The notes below the pieces were generated by a model that saw only the letters and a program-made list of their open reading frames with translations, had not been told where the DNA came from and made no database searches. From positions 297,767 through 361,766 of the forward strand of contig CP119316.1 in NCBI GenBank assembly GCA_029202985.1: a stretch of 64,000 nt of DNA, read 5' to 3'. The position numbers and the translations under genes are program-made. Shown piece after piece: positions 55,022-63,272 of this stretch. This DNA comes from Candidatus Andeanibacterium colombiense (GTDB taxonomy: Bacteria > Pseudomonadota > Alphaproteobacteria > Sphingomonadales > Sphingomonadaceae). The first letter of the stretch is position 1. The number at the start of each line of letters is the position of its first letter.

Positions 55022-55614
55022 CAGAACTCCACCGATGTATCGCCGTAGCGGTTTGGCCCGTCGGTCGAAGGCAATACGCCGAAGATGATCACCACCAGCG
55101 GAATGAGCCAGCCGGCAAGGCTGGCCAGTGCCTGCAGCGGGGTCGTGCCCGCCTGCTGGAACTGCTGCATGCGCGCCGGATCCGCCGCCGCCTGCAGCGC
55201 TGCCTCGATCTTGCCGATGCTCTGGATCGTGATCGTGACCGTGATCAGTTTGGCAACCAGCACCAGCCCGGCCCACCAGCCGGGGTTGTCGGAATCGTGC
55301 AGCCGCCGCACGAAGGCCGCCAGGGTCAGCAGGGTCAGCAGCAGGCTGGAGATCGCCGAGAACCAGGTGATCACCACCATTCCGGGACCCATGCCCTGGA
55401 CCATCCGGGCGGAAACCTGATCCTGCGGCAGGCCGGCCTGAGCGGCCTTCATCGCCTGCTCGATCGCCGATCCGACGAGCGGGACGAGCGCGACGACCCA
55501 GCCAACCACGCCGAGGATGACCAGGAACAGCACGTAATACCAGAAGGTCTGGCGGGCATCGCGGCCGCGAAAGTCGAACAGATGGGTGAGATTGTACTTG
55601 ATCGAACCGAACAT
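55021..55614 (-). CDS. DUF805 domain-containing inner membrane protein
   Basis: 197 aa. FRGRDARQTFWYYVLF and VRRLHDSDNPGWW motifs. Confidence 0.8.
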   Translation of the reverse strand: MFGSIKYNLTHLFDFRGRDARQTFWYYVLFLVILGVVGWVVALVPLVGSAIEQAMKAAQAGLPQDQVSARMVQGMGPGMVVITWFSAISSLLLTLLTLAAFVRRLHDSDNPGWWAGLVLVAKLITVTITIQSIGKIEAALQAAADPARMQQFQQAGTTPLQALASLAGWLIPLVVIIFGVLPSTDGPNRYGDTSVEF

Positions 55615-55636
55615 GCTGTCCTCCCCTGATTGATCG

Positions 55637-57178
55637 CTAATAGGCGCGCGCGACGTAGATCCTCTCGACCGCCGGCTCGCCGGTAAAGATGCAGGCGCCG
55701 TCGGCAGCGGCCGCGCCGATCGGCACGTTGCGGATGGTCAGCTTGTGCGCCTTGAGCTGTTCGACCACCTTGTCGAGCGCGGGCCCGGTCGGCTTCGACC
55801 ACTGCACCTCGACCCAGCCCGGATAGCGCTGGTTCTCGGCGAAGAACGCGGTGACCTCGTCCATCGAGGTGACCCCGGTGGTGATGTTAGCATCGCGGCG
55901 CGCCCGCGCCTCCTCGAACAGCCCGGTCTGGATCGCTTCAAGCGTGGCGCTGGCCTCGCCGACGAATTCGCCAAGCGACTTGAACGCGAAGTCGGGCTTG
56001 CCCTGCTCCGTCCACAGCCGGTCGCGGCGCAGCACCGCGACCTTGCCCTCGGCCATGTCGCGCGGACCGACCTCGACGATGATCGGCGCACCCTTGCGGA
56101 CCCAGTCCCAGCGCTTGGCGGCCGCCTTGCCGGGTTTGCTGTCGAGCAGCACGCGCAGCGGTTCGCCGCAAGCGTTCTGCTCGGTCAGGCCGACGCGCAG
56201 CGTCTCGCAATAGTCGAGCAGTGCCGCGTCGCCGTCGTCCTCGCGCAGCATCGGCAGGATCACGATCTGGTAAGGCGCGATCCGCGGCGGCACGCGCAGC
56301 CCGTCGTCGTCGCCGTGAACCATGATCACGCCGCCGATCAGCCGGGTCGAAACGCCCCAGCTGGTCGTGTGGCACAATTGCTGGCCGCCTTCGCGGTCCT
56401 GATACTTGATGTTCGCGGCTGCCGCGAAATTGGTCCCGAGGTAATGGCTGGTCCCGGCCTGCAGCGCCTTGCCGTCCTGCATCATCGCCTCGATCGACCA
56501 GGTTTCTTCGGCGCCGGGAAAGCGTTCGTTCTCGGGCTTCTCGCCCGCGATCACCGGCAGCGCGAGGTCTTCCTCGGCGGAGGAGCGGTACATTTCGAGC
56601 GCGCGCATCGTCTCGGCCTTCGCGTCGTCGCGATCGGCATGCGCGGTATGGCCTTCCTGCCACAGGAATTCGCTGGTGCGCAGGAACATGCGGGTGCGCA
56701 TCTCCCAGCGCACGACATTGGCCCACTGGTTGGTCAGCAGCGGCAGGTCGCGCCAGCTCTGGATCCAGCGGCTCATCGCGTCGCCGATGATCGTCTCCGA
56801 AGTCGGGCGGACGATCAGCGGTTCCTCGAGCTTGGCCTCGGGATCAGGGATCAGCCCGCCCTTGCCGTCCGAAATCAGCCGGTGATGGGTGACCACCGCC
56901 ATTTCCTTGGCAAAGCCTTCGACATGGCTTGCCTCACGCTCGAAATTCGACAGCGGGATGAAGATCGGGAAATAGCAGTTCTGCACGCCGGCCTGTTTGA
57001 TCCGGTCGTCCATCAGACGCTGGATGCGTTCCCAGATGCCGTAGCCCCACGGCTTGATCACCATGCAGCCGCGCACCCCCGATTCCTCGGCCATGTCGGC
57101 GGCCGAGATCACCTCCTGGTACCATTGGGCGAAATCGTCGGCGCGTTTGACAGTCAGGGCATGGCGGATTGCGGACAC
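55637..57178 (-). CDS. proS: Proline--tRNA ligase, archaeal/eukaryote-like (Thermus-type) architecture
   Basis: 513 aa. DFAQWYQEVISAADMAEESGVRGCMVIKPWGYGIWERIQ..RPTSETIIG..WANVVRWEMRTRMFLRTSEFLWQEGHTAH..TSHYLG. Ends ..VARAY with a terminal Tyr. Confidence 0.93.
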   Translation of the reverse strand: MSAIRHALTVKRADDFAQWYQEVISAADMAEESGVRGCMVIKPWGYGIWERIQRLMDDRIKQAGVQNCYFPIFIPLSNFEREASHVEGFAKEMAVVTHHRLISDGKGGLIPDPEAKLEEPLIVRPTSETIIGDAMSRWIQSWRDLPLLTNQWANVVRWEMRTRMFLRTSEFLWQEGHTAHADRDDAKAETMRALEMYRSSAEEDLALPVIAGEKPENERFPGAEETWSIEAMMQDGKALQAGTSHYLGTNFAAAANIKYQDREGGQQLCHTTSWGVSTRLIGGVIMVHGDDDGLRVPPRIAPYQIVILPMLREDDGDAALLDYCETLRVGLTEQNACGEPLRVLLDSKPGKAAAKRWDWVRKGAPIIVEVGPRDMAEGKVAVLRRDRLWTEQGKPDFAFKSLGEFVGEASATLEAIQTGLFEEARARRDANITTGVTSMDEVTAFFAENQRYPGWVEVQWSKPTGPALDKVVEQLKAHKLTIRNVPIGAAAADGACIFTGEPAVERIYVARAY

Positions 57179-57258
57179 GGGTGCTCACTTGTTGAAGTTT
57201 GGAGGTGCAGTAGCGGGTCGGCGATAGTTCGTCACCCCGGAGCTGCGATACTGCCGAT

Positions 57259-57327
57259 CCCCCGCGCAGGCGGGGGTCTCGGGCGGTCAGGCGCTGAAAC
57301 GGCCTGAGGTCCCCGCCTGCGCGGGGA
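57259..57327. repeat. REP/BIME-like paired palindromic units (locus D)
   Basis: CCCCCGCGCAGGCGGGGGTCTCGGGC (57259-57284) and GCCTGAGGTCCCCGCCTGCGCGGGGA (57302-57327). Lies between the phaR stop and the proS start. Confidence 0.85.
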
Positions 57328-57347
57328 CACGGTGAAGGAGCGCGGGA

Positions 57348-57917
57348 TCAGCTTCCCAGCGAATCCAGCTTCTTCTGCATCGCCGCCATCTGCGCGCGCA
57401 AGGCGTCCAGATCGTCCTCGCCCTTCTTCGCCGGCTCGGCCGTTTCCTCGGCTTCCCCGCCGCCGGCATTGGGCATGAAGGCGCTGGCGGCAGCCTTGAA
57501 CATCGCCATGTTGGTTTCGGCCATCTTGGCGAAAGCATTGCCGCCGATGCTGCCCTTGAACATATCCTCCAGCTTGCGCTGGTTGGCGTGGAAATTCTCC
57601 ATCGAGGCTTCGAGATAATGCGGCATCATCGCCTGCATCGAGTTGCCGTACATCGCGATCAATTGGCGCAGGAAGCTGATCGGGAGCATCTGCTCGGCCC
57701 CGCTGGCTTCTTCCTCCATGATGATCTGGGTCAGGATCTGGTGCGTAATATCGGTGCCGGTCTTCGCGTCGAGCACCTGGAATTCCACGCCTTCACGGGT
57801 CATCTTGGAAAGATCGTCCAGCGTGATGTAGCTGGATGAGGAGGTATTGTAGAGCCGACGATTGGCGTATTTCTTGATGATTACGGGATCTCCCGCACTA
57901 CCTTCGCCCTTCGCCAT
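57348..57917 (-). CDS. phaR: Polyhydroxyalkanoate synthesis repressor PhaR
   Basis: 189 aa. IKKYANRRLYNTSSSSYITLDDL..GVEFQVLDAKTGTDITHQILTQII. Confidence 0.93.
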   Translation of the reverse strand: MAKGEGSAGDPVIIKKYANRRLYNTSSSSYITLDDLSKMTREGVEFQVLDAKTGTDITHQILTQIIMEEEASGAEQMLPISFLRQLIAMYGNSMQAMMPHYLEASMENFHANQRKLEDMFKGSIGGNAFAKMAETNMAMFKAAASAFMPNAGGGEAEETAEPAKKGEDDLDALRAQMAAMQKKLDSLGS

Positions 57918-57995
57918 CCCACCTGCACTCCTTTGCTTTCATGCTGCGTTTAGCACCTGCAGCAACTGCGGTGCAACATGAATGCAACGCAGCGG

Positions 57996-58976
57996 TCAGC
58001 CGGCGGAAGGCGCGGGTTGCCGGGTGAAGCGCGAACCGAGCACGGTAAGCAGTTCATATTGGGACAGCCCGCTCGCAATTGCAGCATCGGGCAGGTAATA
58101 AGGCACGTCGAGCCAGTCGCCTTCCGCCAGCTGCGGCGCGGCGGCCAGATCGACCACCACCATGTCCATCGAGACCTTGCCGAGCAGCGGCAGCCGCGCC
58201 TCGCCATATTGAAGCGCGCCCCGCGCGCTCCAGCTGCGCATGAAGCCGTCGGCATAGCCGAGCGACACCACCCCGACCCGCATCGGCGCCTGCGCGGTGA
58301 ACTGCGCATTGTAGCCGACAATGTCGCCGGATTGCAGTTCGCGGACCTGGATGATCGCGGCCTGCGGGTAAGCGACCTGGCGGATCGTTCCGGCCAGTTC
58401 GGGGCACGGCACGCCGCCATAGAGCGCGACCCCCGGACGGGTGAGATCGAACGCATAGTCCGGACCGAGCGCGATGCCGGCGCTGTTCGACAGGCTGCGG
58501 CGCTTTGCCGCAATCGCCGCGCAGGCCTCGCCGAAGCGGGCACGCTGGACGGCGTTCAAAGCGACATCCTCGTCCGCCGATGCGAGGTGCGACATGAGGA
58601 TGTCTATATCGAGCCGGGCGAGCAGCGGATCGCCGATCTGGCCCATCGCGATGCCGAGCCGGTTTATCCCGGTATCGACCATCAGATGGCACGCGCCCCC
58701 GCCGGCATCGATCCAGTGGCGCGCCTGTTCGAGGCTGTTGATCACCGGCCGCACCCCGGCCGCACGGGCGTAGGCGGCATGCTCGGCCGAGCGCGGACCG
58801 TGGAACACCCCGACCTGCTCGGGCGCGACATGGCGCAAGATGCCGGCGATCTCGTTCCAGCGGGCGATGAAGAATTCGCGCGCGCCCGCTTCGAGCAGCA
58901 CCGGAAGCGCTTGCCCGATCCCGAGCCCATAGCTGTTGGACTTGACCACCGCGGCCGCCTTTGCCGCGCCGGACAT
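57996..58976 (-). CDS. alr: Alanine racemase (true N-terminus probably upstream, non-canonical start)
   Basis: The 326-aa ORF starts 11 residues before the PLP lysine (AAVVKSNSYGLG). The upstream in-frame sequence encodes LRLHLDQEALADNWRALDR but contains no ATG/GTG/TTG. Confidence 0.85.
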   Translation of the reverse strand: MSGAAKAAAVVKSNSYGLGIGQALPVLLEAGAREFFIARWNEIAGILRHVAPEQVGVFHGPRSAEHAAYARAAGVRPVINSLEQARHWIDAGGGACHLMVDTGINRLGIAMGQIGDPLLARLDIDILMSHLASADEDVALNAVQRARFGEACAAIAAKRRSLSNSAGIALGPDYAFDLTRPGVALYGGVPCPELAGTIRQVAYPQAAIIQVRELQSGDIVGYNAQFTAQAPMRVGVVSLGYADGFMRSWSARGALQYGEARLPLLGKVSMDMVVVDLAAAPQLAEGDWLDVPYYLPDAAIASGLSQYELLTVLGSRFTRQPAPSAG

Positions 58977-59064
58977 ACGGTCGAGCGCGCGCCAGTTATC
59001 GGCCAGCGCCTCTTGGTCGAGATGCAGGCGGAGGCTGCGGGGCGGTTCGGGAGGCAGGGCTACG

Positions 59065-60696
59065 TCAGGCAGTTTCAGGCTCGCTAAAATCTTTGGGCGG
59101 ACCGGAGGGAATACCCCACCAGCCCACGATAAGCGCGATCAGCACGAAGGCCCATGTGTACCACAGCCCGGCGTAGGCGTCGCCCGTCCGCGCGACGATA
59201 TACCCGGCGATCACCGGCAGAAAACCCCCGAAATAGCCCGCACCGATATGGTAGGGGATCGACATCGAGCTGTAGCGGATCCGAGCCGGGAACATCTCCG
59301 ACAGCAGCGCCGCGACCGAGCCGTAATTGAATGCCGAGAGGATCCCGAACCATGCCAGCACCGCGGCGATCCCGAGCTTGTGCAGAAGGTCAGGGTGCTG
59401 GACCGAGAAATCATAACCGCTCGCCGCCAGCGCGCTTTGCAGCGCGGCTTTGCGCGCGGCGCCGTCGTTCCAGTCGAAGCCGCCCAGCGGGATCGCCTTC
59501 GCGCCGGCCGTGAGGGTGAGCACGGGCGAAGCGGTCAGCGCGTAGGGGATGCCGTCCGCGGTCAAATCCGCGATCAGCCTGCCGCATTCGGTCTTCTGCG
59601 TGTTGGCGAAGGGATCGTAGTCGCAGTTCGGCCCGGCCACCGTGACCGGCGCGGCATGAGCGGAAGCCTGCAGGCCGGGATTGGCGATGCTGCCGAGCAG
59701 CCAGTAGGCCGGGAACAGGGTCAACAGGATCAGCGCATTGCCGAGCAGGATAGGTTTCTTGCGCCCGACCCTGTCCGACCAGCGGCCGACCCACAGGAAC
59801 ACGCCCATGATCACCGGCGCCGCAGCCAGCACGAGCGCCTCGACCGTGGTCGCGTCGATCCGCATCGGCCCCTTGAGGAACGACAGGCTGGAGAAGAACG
59901 AGGCGTAGAAGATCGTCGTCAGGCTGCCGGTCACGCCGAACAGGGCGACGAAGATGCGCTTCTTGTTACCCGGATAGGTGAAGCTTTCCTTGAACGGGTT
60001 CTTCGCGGTCCGGTTGGCGGCCTTCATCGCCTTGAACACCGGGCTTTCGCTGAGTTTCAACCGCATCCATAGCGAGATCGCGAGCATCGCGATCGAACTG
60101 ACGAACGGGATGCGCCAGCCCCAGGCGGCAAAATCCTCGGGCGACAGGCTGATCCGGCAGACGAGGACCATCGCGACGCTGAGCACGAAGCCGCCAACCA
60201 CGCTGGCCTGGATGAAGCTGGTGTACCAGCCGCGCTTCTCGGGCGCGCAATGTTCGGAGACGTAGATCGTCGCCCCGCCATATTCCCCGCCGAGCGCGAG
60301 GCCCTGCATGATCCGCAGCGTGAGCACGATCAGCGGCGCGGCGAGGCCGATGCTCGACGCGGGGGGAATGAAGCCGATCGCGGCGGTCGCGATGCCCATC
60401 AGGCCGACCGTGACAAGGAAGGTATATTTGCGGCCCAGCCGGTCGCCGAGAAAGCCGAACAGCACCGCGCCGAGCGGACGGAAGCCGAACCCGACCGCGA
60501 AGCCGGCCCACACCAGCAGCATTTGCAGCGTCTCGTTATCGGCCGGGAAGAACGCCTTGCCGATCATTGCCGCGAGCGTGCCGTAGATGAAGAAATCGTA
60601 CCATTCGAACACCGTGCCCGCGCTCGATGCGGCAATGACCAGGCGGATTTCCTGCGCGCTCGGTTGATGGGCGGCGATTGCGCTCGCGTCCGACAT
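59065..60696 (-). CDS. MFS transporter (MHS/ProP-like) with about 100-aa insertion between TM9 and TM10
   Basis: ORF 59065..60837, with ATG at 60696 (MSDASAIAA). WYDFFIYG..GFLGDRLGRK motifs. 543 aa. Confidence 0.85.
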   Translation of the reverse strand: MSDASAIAAHQPSAQEIRLVIAASSAGTVFEWYDFFIYGTLAAMIGKAFFPADNETLQMLLVWAGFAVGFGFRPLGAVLFGFLGDRLGRKYTFLVTVGLMGIATAAIGFIPPASSIGLAAPLIVLTLRIMQGLALGGEYGGATIYVSEHCAPEKRGWYTSFIQASVVGGFVLSVAMVLVCRISLSPEDFAAWGWRIPFVSSIAMLAISLWMRLKLSESPVFKAMKAANRTAKNPFKESFTYPGNKKRIFVALFGVTGSLTTIFYASFFSSLSFLKGPMRIDATTVEALVLAAAPVIMGVFLWVGRWSDRVGRKKPILLGNALILLTLFPAYWLLGSIANPGLQASAHAAPVTVAGPNCDYDPFANTQKTECGRLIADLTADGIPYALTASPVLTLTAGAKAIPLGGFDWNDGAARKAALQSALAASGYDFSVQHPDLLHKLGIAAVLAWFGILSAFNYGSVAALLSEMFPARIRYSSMSIPYHIGAGYFGGFLPVIAGYIVARTGDAYAGLWYTWAFVLIALIVGWWGIPSGPPKDFSEPETA

Positions 60697-60730
60697 ATTC
60701 GTGTGATCCCTACCCTGCTCGGGCGGAGCC

Positions 60731-61165
60731 CTAACCGGTCGCGGGGACTTGCGAAAGAGCCGCCAGCGCGGCTTCCCACGGCAGCATGATCGCTCCGTGG
60801 CGCGCGGGATAGGATTGCGCGGGTTCGAGCGCCGCAATGCCTGGCCAGTCGGGCAGCGGGCCGGAACCGGCGAGCCACGCGATCATCGCGTCGCGCGCGC
60901 TTGCGATCGCCGCCCGGTCATGCCCCCCCGCGGCATCGGCGAAGATCGCGATGCTGGCCTGCCCGACCGCGCAGGCGCGGGCCTTCAACCCGATCCGCGC
61001 GATGTTTCCGTCACCGTCCAGATCGAGACCCATCGCGAGCGTGCTGCCACAGCTCTTCGAGCGGGCTTCGCCAGTGTGGCTGAAATCCTCTCGCCACGGA
61101 TAGTCGGCCAGGCGCAGGGTGAGCGCCAGCAGTTCGGGCGTATAGAGCTTTTCGGCGGAGGCCAT
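60731..61165 (-). CDS. NifU/IscU-like iron-sulfur cluster assembly scaffold family protein
   Basis: ORF 60731..61171. GEARSKSCGSTLAMGLDLD..LKARACAVGQAS (Cys ligands). Confidence 0.65.
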   Translation of the reverse strand: MASAEKLYTPELLALTLRLADYPWREDFSHTGEARSKSCGSTLAMGLDLDGDGNIARIGLKARACAVGQASIAIFADAAGGHDRAAIASARDAMIAWLAGSGPLPDWPGIAALEPAQSYPARHGAIMLPWEAALAALSQVPATG

Positions 61166-61181
61166 GTGCAACAGCCCGGCG

Positions 61182-61709
61182 TCAGCGGTCGGCGAGGCCG
61201 GCGTCGCTCGCCTGCACGTCGCGGCGGCGGCTGTCGATCATCTGCACCAGCGCATCGGACCCGGCATTGACCGCCGGATAGGTCCGCGCGTTGATGATCC
61301 ACGGCGGACGGCCGGAAATCCCCCAGACCGAATCGTAGCCGAGCACCAGCAGCGAGAAAGCCATCACCACCACGATCCCGCCCTTCACCGCGCCGAAGCC
61401 GAAGCCGAGCACCCGATCGATCGGGCCGAGGATCGAATTGCGCGCGTGCTCACCGAACCGCCCGGCGATCAGCTTCATCCCCGCATAGGGGATGAGCAGC
61501 AGCAGTGCGAAGGCCATCAGCGCGGAGCCGGGCAGTTCGCCGACGTTCTTCGAAAGGAAATCGGTCAACGGCGTATGGAGATAATGGATCGCGAACAGCG
61601 CGAGAATCCAGGCGGCGAGCGACAGGACTTCCTGGACGAAGCCGCGCAGGAACCCGCCGACGGCACCCACTCCGACAATGATCAGGACGATGATGTCGAA
61701 GCCGGTCAT
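61182..61709 (-). CDS. cvpA: CvpA family membrane protein
   Basis: 175 aa. MTGFDIIVLIIVGVGAVGGFLRGFVQEVLSL..GFGFGAVKG. Confidence 0.88.
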   Translation of the reverse strand: MTGFDIIVLIIVGVGAVGGFLRGFVQEVLSLAAWILALFAIHYLHTPLTDFLSKNVGELPGSALMAFALLLLIPYAGMKLIAGRFGEHARNSILGPIDRVLGFGFGAVKGGIVVVMAFSLLVLGYDSVWGISGRPPWIINARTYPAVNAGSDALVQMIDSRRRDVQASDAGLADR

Positions 61710-61721
61710 TCGCCGCCGATT

Positions 61722-63089
61722 TTAGGCACTCCCCATGACCCGGTCAACGAGGTTGGAAACACGTTTCAGGGGATCAAATCGCATCGCCTTCGGACTGTCG
61801 CAGCCCTCGCACGGCCCGTGGCCCTTGTCGAAGCCCAGCTTGACCGCCTCGCGCAGCCGCAGCCCGCCGTGGGCAACCGGACGAATCTCCCCGGCGAGCG
61901 AAATCTCGCCGAACCACACGCTGTTTGCGGGGAGTGGCTTGTCCGCGAGCGCCGACATCAGCGCCGCCGCGACCGCCAGATCGGCCGCGGGGTCCGACAG
62001 GCGGTAACCCCCGGCGATATTGAGATAGACTTCGGCGGAGGAAAAATTGAGCCCGCAGCGCGCTTCCAGCACCGCGAGCAGCATTGCGAGCCGGCCCGAA
62101 TCCCACCCGACCACCGCCCGCCGCGGAGTCGCGCCCGATTGCAACCGCACGATCAGCGCCTGCACCTCGACCAGCACCGGGCGCGTGCCTTCCAGCGCCG
62201 GGAACACCGCGCTGCCGGCCAGCGGTTCGTCATTGCCCGACAGGAACAGCAGCGACGGATTGGCGACTTCCTCCAGCCCGGCCCCTGCCATCGCGAACAC
62301 GCCGATCTCGTCGACCGCGCCGAAGCGGTTCTTGAGCGCGCGCAGGATCCGGTATTGGTGGCTGCGCTCGCCCTCGAAGGCCATCACCACATCGACCATA
62401 TGTTCGAGCACGCGCGGCCCGGCGATCGAGCCGTCCTTGGTCACATGGCCGACCAGCACCAGCGCGGTGCCGTTCTCTTTCGCATAGCGGATCAGTTCGA
62501 ACGCGCAGCCGCGCACCTGGCTGACCGTGCCGGGAGCACCTTCGATCTGGTCGGAATGCATCGTCTGGATCGAATCGATCACCAGCAGCGCCGGCGGCTC
62601 CATCCCGCCGAGCGTGGTCAGGATGTCGCGCACCGAGGTCACCGAAGCGAGCCGGATCGGCGCATCGCCAAGACCCAGCCGATGCGCGCGCATCCGAACC
62701 TGCCCGGAAGCTTCCTCGCCGCTGATATAGACCGCCTCCGCGCCCGAGCGCGCGATCTGCGCCGCGGCCTGGAGTAGCAGCGTCGATTTGCCGATCCCCG
62801 GATCGCCGCCCATCAGCACCGCCGAGCCCGGCACCAGCCCGCCGCCGAGCGCCCGGTCGAACTCTGCCAGGCCGGTCGGTCGCCGCACCGGCATCTCGCC
62901 CGGCGCATTCATGTTGACGAAGGCGAACGGCCGCCCGCCGCCGGACAGGTCGTGCTTGGCCGAAAACACCGTCGCCGGCGCTTCCTCGGTCAGCGTGTTC
63001 CATTCCGCACAGTCGGCGCATTGCCCTTGCCAGCGGTGCGTCACGCTCCCGCAAGCCTGGCAGACATATCGGCGTTTCGCTTTGGCCAT
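61722..63089 (-). CDS. radA: DNA repair protein RadA (Sms)
   Basis: ORF 61722..63266, with ATG at 63089 (MAKAKRRYVCQACG..CADC zinc finger). Walker A GGDPGIGKSTLLLQ, KNRFG motif and Lon-like C-terminal domain. Confidence 0.95.
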   Translation of the reverse strand: MAKAKRRYVCQACGSVTHRWQGQCADCAEWNTLTEEAPATVFSAKHDLSGGGRPFAFVNMNAPGEMPVRRPTGLAEFDRALGGGLVPGSAVLMGGDPGIGKSTLLLQAAAQIARSGAEAVYISGEEASGQVRMRAHRLGLGDAPIRLASVTSVRDILTTLGGMEPPALLVIDSIQTMHSDQIEGAPGTVSQVRGCAFELIRYAKENGTALVLVGHVTKDGSIAGPRVLEHMVDVVMAFEGERSHQYRILRALKNRFGAVDEIGVFAMAGAGLEEVANPSLLFLSGNDEPLAGSAVFPALEGTRPVLVEVQALIVRLQSGATPRRAVVGWDSGRLAMLLAVLEARCGLNFSSAEVYLNIAGGYRLSDPAADLAVAAALMSALADKPLPANSVWFGEISLAGEIRPVAHGGLRLREAVKLGFDKGHGPCEGCDSPKAMRFDPLKRVSNLVDRVMGSA

Positions 63090-63272
63090 CGGCGTTCCAG
63101 TATAGGGAACATAAGTGGAACGCAACCATGCTCTCCCTGCCCCGCCCGACATGGACCAGGCATGGGTCATCATGGCGTCCCTGCGTCGGCGAGCCTGCCA
63201 CGAAGGGTTGATGAGCTTCGGCATGGCACGGCGTTTCGGCGCGAGGCCTACGGGTGCCGCTGCCATGATGCG

